From Chiloscyllium plagiosum (lineage: Eukaryota), in the NCBI RefSeq assembly GCF_004010195.1, contig NC_057718.1:51716373-51780372 (forward strand): 64,000 nt of DNA. Reading direction: 5' to 3'. This document shows positions 1 through 13,190 of this stretch, piece by piece. The first letter of the stretch is position 1, and every line of letters starts with the position of its first letter. A model generated the notes under the pieces. It saw nothing but the letters and a program-made list of their open reading frames with translations. It ran no database searches and had not been told where the DNA came from. A program made the position numbers and the translations under genes.

Positions 1-1264
1 TTTTTGAAATGTTAAAGTAAGGCCACAGGTCGGGATGATTTATTGGTATCTAGTCCCTTTACTTTCTCCAGTTCTTTTTTATAAGCACAATCATCTTCAA
101 ATTCTAATTTATATTTGTCATGTATGACTTCTAAAATGATTTTGTGCTTTCTACCAAGGTGGCAGATATAGATAATTTGTTACATGACTCTACAATTTCT
201 ATATTCCACATTATAATTTCTTATGTCCCTAAGAGATTAATATGGACTCACATGTACTTTCTTCCTGAAAACTTAGAGATGCTTTTCAAATTTGTTTTTA
301 TGTCCCAAGTTAATTTATTCATATTTCAAATATTTGCTTTATTAATTTCAAAATACTCCCAATCCTCATGCTTTTGGTGGCTGTAAGCCTTTCTCCATCT
401 TTAACTTCTCTTGTTGGCCATAATTGCTCCATGTTTCCCATGGATATTTATTCCATGAGGAAATTTACAATCATTCCGAATTATGACTTAAAAGTTTCCT
501 GGTGCCTATCTAATGTATAATTTTAATCCGCTTTCCTGATCCATTTTAGATAATTTGTTCATCATGTCTACACAGGTTCCTTTGTTAAGTTTTAAGATCT
601 CAGTTTTATATTTAAAAATCATTCTCAAATTAAATACAATAATTTCTTTAACATGGTCCAAGGTTAGTACTACAATAGGTATTCTGGCTAAATTAGTATT
701 TTAGATACAAAATAGTATGCTGCCTAGATGACAGATTTAAGTTCTTAACGATAACTGCATTACTTTAGTTTTACGTACCTCTAATTTCCCGATATATGCT
801 CTTTGGAACACCATAATTATTTTTTGAAACCGTTAACTACCCCCAATATTATTTTCTGCTCCTTTTGTTTCTTAGCTTCACTCAAATTGAAAATGTATCT
901 TAATGTTCCAAACTAAACTCCCTTTTCTGTATACTTTATTGCCTGGATCATGAACCGATTCCTCAGACTTCACCAAAATCTCTCCTATTCATTAGAGATT
1001 CCCATTTAATATCGACCTCTACTTTCTAATCATACCACAGCCGTTTTACAAAACATTTAATTCTATCATTTTGTAGACTTCTGACGTTATTTGTGCTTGT
1101 GAATGACTGCTTTCTTAATGCCTAGTTCATCCAAACAAATATGACAGAATCATCATTGCAACCTACCAAAGGGAGGCTTCAAGATAAACATAATCCTTCA
1201 GTTTCTGTTCTCTATTCCTTCTGATGATCTTTAATTTTATTTTTCTCCTTTGGAAAATTTGCTT

Positions 1265-1620
1265 ATGGAATGTAGATATCACTGGCTAGGCGAGCATTTA
1301 TTTTCCATTGTTAATTACTCTTGAGAAACTGGTGGTGTGCTACCTTCGTAAATCACGCAACCTTTGGGTGCAGAGATGCCAGAGTCCTGTTAAGAACGCA
1401 GATGCAAGATTTTAACCATGCCACCGTGAAGGAATGGAGTTATAGTTCCAAGTCAGGATAGTATGTGGTTTGATGGGGAACTTGCAGGTGGTGGTGTTCC
1501 TACATGTCTGTTGTCCTTGTCTGTCCACTGGTAGAGGTGGTAGGTTTTGAAATTCTTAAGTATTGTTGGAAGTGCACCTATCCAAGAAAGTGAAGACGTT
1601 TGTAGATGGTGAACAGGTGA
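1265..1620 (-). mobile_element. L2-like LINE 3' end
   Basis: cactggctaggc.agcattta...ttccaagtcaggat...tgcaggtggtggtgttcc; homologous to 38835-39200 and 3557-3670. Confidence 0.65.
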
Positions 1621-1999
1621 TGGGGAGACTGATGCTAACCAGGTTAGCCTCTGTTGCCTTTTAAAAGTTAGTGCAAGAGTGATATGTTCAAGACTTCCAC
1701 GGCGTGAAATATTTCTTGGGCAAGAGCACAAAATGGTCCACAGCTAATCAGTAACTGACTTCACATTCTGACCGCATTTTCTTCCATTGACTGCACATTG
1801 GATTTCAATCTGAGTCCAATTTCATTCCCTTAACACTCCTCTTGTTTCCAGAAAAGTATACCTTTAGGTAAATATTTCAGGACAAGATTGTTATTTTATT
1901 GCGAGTAAGTAGTTACACAAGACATTGGATATTTAGGGTGCTGAATTTCCTTATCCAGCACCACTGTCCCTGATACTTCAAAGGTCTTGTGTTACTTTT

Positions 2000-2700
2000 C
2001 ATATTAGCTAGCTGCTTCCAACATTATCTGGACTGCAGGAACTGCCAGAAACTGCACCCATATAGTCATTACCATGTGAACCAGGAGCATTTGAAGATAT
2101 CTTGACGTCTCACAGACAAAGCTGAAGTGACAACAGCATCCCTAATATAACACCAATCTAGGAAATAAATTTGCACATCACTGAAATAGTCGCACGCAGA
2201 TGCTTTTGACTAAGCTCTGCTCAGTTAGATTTCGTGGACATGGAATAATTTAGAGACATTTTTGGCATTTGCCAAATGTACAAGAAAGGAAAGAAGTATT
2301 TGACAGAGATAAGGTTATTGTAGTTTCCTTTATTCAGGAGAAAGATGAGAATTGGAATGCAGAAGACAGAGAAGTTAAGCTCTGCAATGAGAGGAGAAAG
2401 ACAGCTCTCCAATCAAGAACCTTATCTTCCTTTGTTTTTGGAAACAGTTCCCATATATTAGAATGAGCAATAAGCAATGCTTGAAGTGATTGAGATTCAC
2501 AAAGAAGTGGTGTCCTGGCACCTCATCACAAGGTGAAACTTGCATCATTAGAACGAATATGTGGATGAGATTGAGAATATGAATATTCAAAGAGAGTTCT
2601 CAGCACCTGTGAGTACAATTGAAAAAGTGATTGTTGTATAATGCCACTCTAAAAATTCATGGTATGGTGATTATGCATTATGTGACGTGAAAATGCATTC
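2000..2700 (+). mobile_element. Possible Harbinger DDE transposase remnant
   Basis: Fragments NCTHIVI (about 2050; cf. DCTHV), DKGY (about 2308) and an FK.RF-like segment (about 2586); heavily decayed. Confidence 0.4.
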
Positions 2701-3458
2701 ACTCAGCTTGACAGTCAATACATAGTTATTAACTTTTCTAACCACTGCTGCCACATTGTTGGAACTAGATTCTGTGCATTCAACTCCATGTATGCATGGC
2801 TAAATATGTCCACTGCCTATGCAGAGTATTAATGACTGTATACTCCTCCCTCCACCTCCAACATGTAGGGGTGTGTATAAAATATGTCAGACGATGAACC
2901 CACCACCTTCTCATCCAATCCTGGTCTCAGCCCCTTAGTACTCTGGAACAGGCCAGTGTATGAATTAGCTCATAGCTTACCATATTTAAATTGCTAATTA
3001 AAAGTCAATTAGCCTTAACAAGCCGACTGACTTGAATAATACACTACCTAAGCCATGATATGGCTGGCAGCGACAGTAGTATGGGAGTGGATAGACTGTT
3101 TTTAAAGGCCTATATGATCCAAGTCAATTGGAAGGGGATGTCGCTCTGCATACATTGAAGTTATTTCTATTTGGGTGAGGGCGAGGAGGATGAGCAGTTG
3201 CATCAACCGACTCTACCAACTAAAATCTAGTCAACAGCCTTTTTCTTAGACTTCAACCAGGTGAAAAGTGCCGCCAAGGCATTGACTTTTTTAATTAACT
3301 CATGTTCCATCCCAATTTGCCCTTGAGAAGGAGATAATAAGCTCCATTCTAAAACCATTGCAGCCCATGTGCTGTATGTAGATCCACAATGCCAGGAGTG
3401 AGGGAATTCAAGGTTTTGTCCCAAGCAAACTGAAGAAACCAGAATACATTTCCAAGTC

Positions 3459-3498
3459 AGATTCCTGAAGAAGGGCTTATGCCCGAAACGTCGATTCT
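3459..3498 (+). ncRNA. Minimal type-I hammerhead ribozyme motif; predicted cleavage after C3492
   Basis: agattc-CTGAAGA-a-gggc(ttat)gccc-GAAAC-GTC^gattct: CUGANGA and GAAA cores, 4-bp stem II, 5/6-bp stem I, and stem III reduced to the palindrome ACGU. Confidence 0.8.
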
Positions 3499-3556
3499 CC
3501 TGTTCCTTGGATGCTGCCTGACCTGCTGCGCTTTTCCAGCAACACATTTTCAGCTC
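3461..3556 (+). mobile_element. 96-bp non-autonomous Penelope-derived element carrying a hammerhead ribozyme
   Basis: Flanked by a perfect 16-bp TSD tacatttccaagtcag (3445-3460, 3557-3572). Shares the gatgctgcctgacctgctg.gcttttccagc tail with copies at 22.0, 24.3, 27.2, 51.5 and 61.8 kb. Confidence 0.88.
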
Positions 3557-5099
3557 TACATTTCCAAGTCAGGATGGTGAGTGGCTTGGAGGGAAACATG
3601 CAGCTCATGGTGTTCCCATGTAACTGCTGATGTTGTCCTTGTGGACAGCAATGGGTTTGGAAGTTGCTAGTGTTTTTGAATCTAGGAAGCCTCTTCATGC
3701 CGGCTACACCATTTTCTTTCAGCTTGTCAGATCCAAAAGCATCCATTGGTAGCCTTCAGTTTCATAGTGCAGCTTTCCTTTTATGGAGAGTGCATATTTA
3801 AGGAGTGCTGCCTGTAGCATATGCCATTGACCCAACATTGCTCAGCCCCTCAACTCACAGCACTCCTGGGAGAAGGGTAGAAGTGTAGAATTGACACCAC
3901 TTTGCAAGGTAATGGTTTTAATGAGCAGGAGCCCAAAGTTACATGTTCCCACCTCCATTTGAACTAAAATGGGTAAGTCAAGACAATAACAACTAGGCCA
4001 TGCATTCGAGATGGGTTGGTCGCTTAACTATCAAGACATGTGTTTCACAATTAATGCCATTTTAGATTGAACCGTCGACAGCTGAGTCTTCCAAGTCCTG
4101 GGATACCCACTTGCAAGAAGGAGGTAAGGACTGTTGGATTAAAGAGGTAATCTGTTTTTCAATATCTGTTTTTCAAATTACTTTCTGAATACAGTTTACC
4201 TGCATTATCAAGATGACTGTGATCTCCATTCCAAGGCTTAGTATCACCTTCACTAAAAATCTTTCCATGCATCTCCAGAAGCTCAGTACCTGACATTTTA
4301 TTAAATTCCAAGGCTTTAGGCCCATCTTTCTATTTTCAAATTCATTATGATGCCAAAGGTCTATCCACCTGACAGACAACTGGCCTCTTAATTCAGCTGA
4401 CACAGGACAATTAAGATAAAAGGCATTCCTCAGATTTTACTTTAAGTTCTTCCTGATTTTTCAATCTCAAGACAGCAACTCCTGCCTTTCTCTGTCTTCA
4501 AAATATTGAACTATTCATTTAAATGTTTCTCATAAATGGTGGAAAATTGTCACTTTTAAAAAATATTGATATTATTATCGATTGGTAAGAACTGAGTTTT
4601 TCAAATATAGACTATAGTGATTTCCTTGCAAATATACAGGAATGATCTTCATTCTTATAATGCAAATATGCTATTAATTCAGACAAGCTTAAAATATTAA
4701 ATGCAACAAGTTGTACATAAATAGTGGTGAAAAATGTATGTCAGTTGAAAAACATTTTGGAATCTGAAAAGGTAAGCTAAGTTATCATCAGTTAGGTAGA
4801 TTGTGAGGATGGGAAGATAGGACACTTAGTAAAGGTGCACAGAGAGCAAGACTACTACAATGGATTGCTCTGTCACAAAGACTGATGTGGGAACAGTGGG
4901 GCATAACAGAAACTGTGAAAACATGACAGAAAGTTTCTGTAAGATATATGTAACTATACAAATGCCATTTTATTATGTGGATAGTAAACAGATAGTACAG
5001 ATTGACACTATTCTACAATAGAAACCATTCAATTTAGATTTCCATTGAGTACTGGAGATGAAGGGCAACAAAATAATTGCATTAGACGTGCAATGTTGA

Positions 5100-5450
5100 T
5101 TTATTTATGTGAGCATCCAAGTTCAGTGGGTAATAGGGAGGCAAATGAAATGTTGGGATTTATTTCAAAGGGAATGGTGTATAAAAGTCGGGAGTCATAC
5201 TAACACTATACAAGGCACTGGTCAGAACACAGCTGGAATACTGTGAACCCTTATCTAAGCAGAGGCTGGGTCATTAAGTATATTCAAGGCTGGGATAGAT
5301 TTTTAATCAGTAAGGGAATCAATGGTTCTGGGGTAAAAGTGGGAAAGTAGAGTTGAAGTATATCAGATTAGATTTTATCTCATTGAGTTGCAGAGTGGAC
5401 TCAATGGACGACTTTCGTTCCTACATCATATGGTCGGATGGTCTTATGTC
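5100..5450 (+). mobile_element. CR1 LINE 3' fragment with an internal deletion
   Basis: LYKALVRTQLEYC motif followed by the typical 3' UTR (gatttttaatcagtaagggaatc). Confidence 0.7.
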
Positions 5451-6899
5451 CATTGCATAGATCTCTCGGTTTTGTTTTGTAAAATTTTCTGTCTAATTTG
5501 CCAGGGTACATTCTAAGTTTTGGAGCATTGGAACAGCTATAATCTAGCTTTCATTATTGGCTGATTCTCTTGCATAAAATCCTTTTTCTACAAAAGCAAA
5601 TAACCTTCCCTAATTATTCTTTGGGAATTGTATCATTTAACTTCCATGAGGTAGCTTTTTCCCTACACCTTCTTCAGCAGCAGGTCCAGTTCAAATCATA
5701 GTTAAGATTAGATTCAAGTAAGAGTGAACGGAGAGACATTTGTAGCTGCAGTAACAGGAGCACATTTCTCCTGCTCTACCTTTTGTTCGAAACAACATGC
5801 ATTCATACTTATAATTATGTTTACAACTGAACTGCGCAACTAAAATTTCAAATTAATATTACCCTTCGTATATTTGTATAGCTAATACCATGCAACCCAT
5901 AAGCAAGTGCAATGAGATTCTATAAATTATGATGATACAGTGGTCACATGGTTCTGCCATCTAAATCCAGTCCGGAATGAGCATGGGAAGAGACAGGTCT
6001 TATACACAGGAATAGAGAGCTATATTTGATTATGTACTCTATACAAATGTCAATAAAGATATGCTACAGAATGCATGGAGTTAAAGAGCCTTTTTAAGAG
6101 GTAAGGAGTGAGCACATCTACTTATAGACACTTATAGCCTGAGATAATCCAGACTGGTATTTAAAGTGCAGGTAGCAGTATTTGTTTAAAGCACAGTTGC
6201 AGAGAAGTGGAAAAAGAAATCCTCCAGAATCATGACAGAATCCAAGGAATAGATTACAAAAGGTAAGACTCCTGAGATTGGAGTGGACCTTGGAAGGCTT
6301 CAGTAAAATAAAATGAAGGTATTAGCAAAGGAAAAGACTCTGAAGACAGGGGAAAAGAAACCCTTGGAAGACCTGGATTACTGATTTACAGAATGGGATG
6401 ACATTGAAAGGTGGGAATAAGAATGTCAGATGAATCTGAAGCCTGTCCACAACCCAGCAGTAAGCTGGCGAAAGAAAACCCTGTCGATGTGCTCTGATCT
6501 AATAAGAAGAAAAAAAAGCCTATGTATACCCCACGTCTGACAAGCACAGTAGTCCAGAGGGAGGCAGCTCCAGTAGAAACTTTGCCATTACCTCGACCAT
6601 GCCAAAGGCTGCAATGAGACAAGGTACTACAGTAAGCAGCAGTTTTAGTGCTCTCAAACAGCCTCAGGTTTCTATATGAAGGAAAAATGCCATCTAGTCA
6701 AAACATTTTATATGATGTAGTTACAAACAACTCATGCCTTTCTGGTAAGAAACCTCAGAAGAAAGTTTGCACAGTATGCTGCATTGAATTAAACATTCAG
6801 CACGTTCCTTAGCCAGTAAGGTAATTCTTCACAGGGTTCTGGGGAGTTGAATGTTCTAAATGCTTCTGGTTGGGAACTCTAGATATATCTTTAAGCTAA

Positions 6900-8370
6900 C
6901 AGCACATTCATCAACTCAAAAACAAAGAAAGCATCCTGCAAAAGGAAATTTCCAAAGAAATTTGGGTTCCCAAAGAAACTATCCAATCGGGAAAAAGTTC
7001 AGTTGTAAAAGAAACATGCAAAGTTTTAAGGCACTCTTATTAAGGGCCATCAAGGAGAGTGAAAACTGGTTTTGGATCATCAGCTTGAAGGTATAAGGGT
7101 TTCTAACACAATTTAAATTGACATAGGAATAGCTGTTTCAATACTGGCAGATGGCACGCCATGGTTAAAGTCTGAGAGAGTAAACTAAGATAAAACCTGA
7201 GGCACAGACCTTCAGGTAAATCACCTCAAAGTTTAGACATACAGGATAAAATGTCAGTGAAACATTGTTATCTTTGGAAAAACCAGAATAATTCTTTTTT
7301 GAGCAGAAATGTATATATTTATCTCGATCTCTTAGAGAAAGTGGATAGAATATTTCAGGATGAAGACAGAAAATTTCAGCAAGAATTTCCAAAGCTGTTC
7401 AAAAATATAGTCAACTGAAGCAGGAGAATCATATTACTCTACATGACCATGCTCAAACCTGCTTGTACATTCGCAGAGCAACTGTTAATGAAAAAATCAA
7501 AATCTCAGTTAAACAACACAATTGAAAGTGGGGTAATATTGTCAATGACGGATTTGACACAATGGTGCTTAGGTTAGGTAAGCTTTCCAAGACAAACTGG
7601 GAAAAATGATTGTGTGTGGCTCTTACTCAGTTCAACAAAGGACAAACAATGTTAAACAAATCAAGACAAAAATCCACCTCATTTTTTTCTGCTTATGATG
7701 GCTTGGTAAAATTTACCACACAAAATTTGTCTGCTAACTGTGGATTCTGCTAGACGGCAAAAAGTTAACATTTATGACTACATTTACATTACCAGACAGG
7801 CCATATTGCTTCAACTATTTACCATTAGGGATCTTTACTGCACCAGAGATTTTCCTAAGTGCAATGTCTAGAATCCTGGAATGAAAACAGAGAAATTTTT
7901 TGCCATATAGATGATATTTTAGTGCTTGACAAAATGAAAAAAAGGAACATGATGAGAAGATCAGGTATGTGTTGAAGGCAATAGAAAATGCAGGCCTCAG
8001 CGTAAGTGAGAAACGTCTATTTTTTACAGTGAAGATTACATTGACAGGTGACATTATCCAAGAACAAGGCAACAAGGAAGAAAAAAGCCATTAGTGAATT
8101 CTGGCACTAAAGTGTGGAAATAACGGACATGTTTTTAGGCATGGTAAAGTAGATCAAGTATCAAGGTTTATCCCCAAGTGAGCCAATCTCATTCAATCCA
8201 TAAAAAAGGTTTGCACAGAAAAAAAATGCCTCCAATCAGATTGGACTCAAGAACAGACTACAGCTTTTGAAAGCATGCTACAGTCCTGGTTTATTCACTA
8301 TAGTAGTCACAGATAAGTCGTCTGCAGGATTAGGAACAGTCCTTAATCAGACACATACTGACAGAACATG
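6900..8370 (+). mobile_element. Decayed Ty3/Gypsy LTR-retrotransposon pol (protease-RT-RNase H), cut off by a CR1 insertion
   Basis: TTFTLPDRPYCFNYLPLGIFTAPEIF (from 7777), CHIDDILV (7901), EHDEKIRYVL, TDKSSAGLGTVL (about 8310); contains stops and frameshifts. Confidence 0.85.
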
Positions 8371-8389
8371 AAAACTTCAAAGGGTAGAT

Positions 8390-8900
8390 AAAGGCTGGTT
8401 CCCCTGGTGGGAGAATCCAGGACCATTGGGTTAATCTCAGAATTAGAGGTTACCCAGTTAAGACAAGGTTGGAGAAAAATTTCTTTCCTCAAAGGGTTGT
8501 GAATCAGTGGAATTCTGTACTGCATAGGGAAGTAGAGGTTGGGTCATTATGCAGGTTCAAGGCTGAAATGGACAGATTTTTAATAAATAAAGGGATCCTG
8601 GGTTAAGAGGAAAAGGCAGGAAAGTCGAGTTGAGGATTATCAGATCAACAATGATTTGGAGATGCTGGTGTTAGACTGGGGTGTACAAAGTTAAAAATCA
8701 CCCAACACCAGGTTATAGTCCAACAGGTTTATTTCGAAGCACTAGCTTTTGAAGTGCTGCTCCGTCATCAAGCTAGTGCTTCCAATTAAACCTGTTAGAC
8801 TATAACTTTGTGTTGTGTGATTTTTAACTCAGATCAGCTATGATCTCATTGAATGACTCAATGCACTAATGTGCTCGTTTCTGCTCCTATGTTTTATGGT
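8390..8900 (+). mobile_element. CR1 LINE 3' end (interrupted at 8656-8829)
   Basis: gttgtgaatcagtggaattct...gatcagctatgatctcattgaat...ctgctcctatgttttatgg tail. Confidence 0.7.
8656..8829. mobile_element. Second fold-back short-element family, nested in a CR1 tail, with a hammerhead-like remnant
   Basis: Inverted arms (agttaaaaatca...ttatagtccaacaggttta / taaacctgttagactataa...tgatttttaact); TSD cagatcaacaatgat / cagatcagctatgat (13/15); minus strand ttgatga-cggagc...aaaagcta. Confidence 0.7.
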
Positions 8901-11900
8901 TTTTCTGTCTTAAATCTGCTAGAAATCTGAATCAAAAATGGAAATTACTGGAAAAAAAACACGAAAGGTCGGATAGCATCTTTGGAAAGAGAAATGTAGT
9001 TGAAGGGTGGTATTTAATGTCTACCCAAATGTTAATTTGGAGGTGGGGAGGAGTCTTTTAATAAGGCTAGACAATGTGGGATGGGGAACTGCCATGGTTC
9101 TGGTTCTGTTCCAGTGAAGTTCAGGGTAGGGAGAGCTGGTGGATGGCCTTCCCATCTCTACACAAACTGAAGTCCTTAAGTGGACAATTAATGCAGGGAG
9201 CCTGGAAAGGAAAATATTGCTGGTCAACTTGTGGACCACTGCGAAAGGGGGAAAGAGAGGCTTCCCTCTTTGCCAATGTTTGATAAAGAAATCCAGCATT
9301 GTAAAGAGAGGGTCTGCCAAGTACCAACCCTGCACCTTTTTGACTATCCCTTTTTTGCAACATCCATCCCACACTTATGAACCTACAACGCAGTTCCTCG
9401 AAATTGGGTACATTGCAGGCAACTCTCATCACTCCTGATAGCACTGCTTCAAATGGAAAGCTTCCAGCCTTGGGTTGTCCAGCAGCTCTGGCTTGTGAGG
9501 CAGAGGATTGGAGTCAGAATTTCCATCCCCTGGGATCCTTGATACACTATGACAGGCCTTCCCCAATAGAATGGGCAAGGCCACTGTTACCTAAAGTTAA
9601 ATCTATCCAATGCAATGTCTCAGACCAAAAATTCTTCAGCATTTCCAACATTTTCAGTTTATAATATGAGGCCTGGAATACAAAGTAGGAAATTCAGGAA
9701 ATTCAGTAACACTTTAACTCCCAATCCCAAACCTTGCGAATTAGATTCAAGGTTGAGTTAGAAACAGGGAATTATGGGTGCTAGTCGAGAAAGTGGAGTT
9801 ACAACTACATCAAATCAGGTTTGATCTTACTAAATAGTGAAGCAAGTTCAAGGTGTTGAACATAACATATCTTTCTCAACCAAATAGGAACAGATTTAAT
9901 CTTTGGCCTTTGTTGTGGGGGTACCCTTTTCAGCAGTAAGATATTTTTTGGATACGATCCCAGATCATCTTTGGGGGAGGCCTGGTGTCTTTTAGCAGAA
10001 CAATGGTGCTCTTTTTGATCGATGTCAAGATGCCTTTTGGGAGAGGCAAGGCGCACTTTGAGATCATTCAGACAATTCAGACATGCATGTAGCTCATGAA
10101 TTGTCAAGACCATTGGAGCTGAAAGCAGAGGTGTCAAAGGAACCATCAAGTGTGTCAAAAGGAACAGTCAAAAGCACCTGTCAAGTTATTGAAGTTCTGA
10201 AATGTCCTGCTCTTTAAATATTTGAAAAACCTCTATCATTTTTAAAAGAATATAATTACTCATTACTGCACTCTGTACTTTGATATAAATTTGATCTTGA
10301 CATTATTAGATTAATGCTGCATTGTTAATTTCATAATTTTCCATTATCACAGTGATGTGCCTATCTGGCATCTCCATTTGATTGACAGCCTCAAAACTTT
10401 ATAGCGTCTGAAATGGAACTATGATTTCCAGTGCTTCTTTTTTTTTAAAATGGATTAAGCAGTTGAATATTCATTCTTAGAAGGAATCATAAAGGAAGGA
10501 ATTAAAATTTGGGCAATAGCTTTTAGTATGATATATTTTTTATAAAGTCAGTGATTGACACTTTGGTTTTTAGTTCATCTCATCTCAGCATGGGTCCTGA
10601 GCTCTACCATGTTAAATACTGGATGAATGACACAGAAAGGGTAATGACAAAAGGTAGTGAGAATGTTTGGCATTAATTGGCAAGTTTTCTAAAAAGGGTG
10701 ATGGGTGTAGTTGAGAGAATAGGAATTATAAAGACCCTGAAGAACTGGGGGGAGGGGTTGTGGGGTGAGGTGGTGGGGGGGGGGGGTGCATGTGGAGTAT
10801 CTGTGGGGAGCCAAGATGCTAAGAACTGTGTTACATTTTATTGTTCTGATTTTAAATTCCAACACAGTACTGAAGCACCAGGGAACACATTTACACAGCC
10901 CGCTTCTCCACCCAGCAAACTTTGTGCTTGGTCTTGGGTCATACCAGCTTGACTCCCAAAGAACTTTCCTCCCTTTCTCCTTCTGGGGCACTTTCTCTTT
11001 TCATTTCCTGTTTGAATAGTTTGTGGAGCTGGCAAACGTCCTCACTCTGCACTCCTGACCTGTGAGTAAACACTTGGGCTGCAAAATCAACTCAGTTGAC
11101 TGTTGAGTTACCTCGAACATTATACCAAGAATTGTTTTTAAAAAGAAAAGTTGAAAGAGAACATTGGTTTGAAAAAGCTTAACAGACCCAAAGTCCATTC
11201 CTGATTATTCTATTGTCACAAATATGTATCTACTACCCAAAGCCAATATTTATTTAAAATGGATGAAGTAATTGGTATAAAATGATTCCAATCGACTAAC
11301 TTTGTGGATTCAACTGAAACTGGGTCCAGACTGTACTTGTTCCAGTTAGAGAGGATGAGAGACTTTTTGAAATTTATTGAACACTTTGAGGGCAAACAAA
11401 AACTATTTGACAATGACTTCCTTGGAGGTTTAGAAAACACCTAGAACCTGACAGGATGAGACCGATCTGAGTTAATAGCTGACACAGTTAAAAAGTAAAA
11501 TCGCTTTGATTAAAAGTAAATGGATAGGTCTTTACTAAACCTAGGTTAACCCCATTCCTGATATTTTTGGGGTTTGGGGATAGCAGCCATTTTGAACTCT
11601 GATCTGGATAAAAGTGTCATGAGCAACCATTTTGTGTGATCACAGCTTCTCAGGAAGGAGGATATTCAGGACTACTGTACTGAACCAGTCTACCAGAAGT
11701 CATAAGCTATAGTGCTATAAAAGTGAAGGAATAGAGCCTACACTCACTCCTAAATGCTATTCTGCTCAGTGTACCTGTGGGAATAAATGTCATCCAGTCT
11801 ACTATACCCGTCCTAATACAGACCTCATCGCAGCCACTGAAGTTTGACATCAAGTTTTCCATCTCTTCACCTTAGAAAAAAGATACTTCAAGTGAGCCAG

Positions 11901-12959
11901 GTCTGCAACCACAGTAGAAAGTATTCATAAGATATAAATTTTATCCTTCCTATAAATCTTAGAGTCTGCACTTTCACTAATAACACCACAACTTTCTGCT
12001 TCAATACATTTAATGGTAATAATTGTACAATAACCTTGCTTAAAGCATACAACTGTGTTGATTTTTTTTTGAAAGGTTGAAACACCTGAAAATTAAAAGT
12101 GGGCTACAAATTGTCTTGTATAAATTTGTAATTCTCAGACCCCTCAGAAGACATGCCTGATGGTATCTGACACCATTGTGAAGTTCCTGTACTATCATTA
12201 CTCAGTGAATGCTGACTGAAATGATCACTGTGGTCAGAATCTTCCCAGGTCTGGAATGATGTGAACCATGAGTGAGGAAGTAGGGAAAATCAGGTGAGAT
12301 GTCAAGTGAGGACAATATCAATGACAAGACCAAAGAGTCAAATGGGTCAACCAAGTTCAAGTGTTCAAGACTGGATTCTCGCTAATAAGCAGTAAGAGGC
12401 CTATTAATTGGGATTATCACTCATTATCATCTTCACTATTACTTACTCTCATCTCATTAAACAGCATTGTCCCACCAGATGTCAAGAATTTCTAACATGA
12501 ACATCAGAGCAGATACCTGGCACTCCAGTTCACCACTTGCTCCTCTGGATCTCTACCTTGGACTTGCCATCAAAGTCTAATGGCACACTCCATGGACAGA
12601 GACCCCATATCCACAGGCATTGGCACATGACACACACCAGCCTCACCACACAGACATGGCACATCTCTAATCCACTTGCAGTACATTTCTGCACTTTGGA
12701 CTGCACTAGCACCTCTCATTGGAATGCTGCTGCCAGGAAACATTGCTTGTTTGAACAGGCACACAGCTCACAGATTTGGTGGGGATGGGGGTGGGAAGTG
12801 GGGTGGGGGGGGGGTTGAGAATCATTTGCAGTGAGAAATGGTGCAGACAGATTACATATCGTAAAGTCAGTATATATCTCTTAAAAGTCTCTGCTCTGAA
12901 AACCAAGTGGCATCTACATTCTGCTCTTAGTGTCATTCTCAAATAGGAAAAGGAGGATT

Positions 12960-13190
12960 AAGGTATAGAGCAGCTTCCCAAGTGCATAGATGTGGTGCTG
13001 AAGGCCTGAGTAGTGGAGATGGACAAGAAGATGCCATTTTTCCCCCAAGTGTCAAAGCGTTCTTACAGAGTACCCAGAGCAGGGAATGGAAGCAGGAAAC
13101 CTAAGAGGGCAATTCCCAGACTGCAGTGCTGAGGAACTAGCAGCAGTGCTGTAAAAAGACAAATAACCTCTTGCAAATTATCAAAGCTAT
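12960..13190 (+). mobile_element. Decayed Myb/SANT-like ORF of a PIF/Harbinger transposon
   Basis: ...DVVLKA*VVEMDKK...REWKQET*EGNSQTAVLRN*QQCCKKTNNLL resembles the W..VA..VN...RT..QC.KK..DL Myb/SANT signature. A possibly similar minus-strand remnant lies at about 45890-46170. Confidence 0.55.

Noticed and set aside
12410..12440. cactcattatcatc, resembling the reverse complement of the next exon's NDNEW codons
   Set aside because: It reads GAT GAT AAT GAG TGA (stop), with no KGPETL context or splice sites. The next constitutive exon appears to lie beyond position 1.
10745..12815. G-rich tracts at about 10745-10790 and 12778-12815 as functional G-quadruplexes
   Set aside because: Simple low-complexity runs on the template strand with no supporting context.
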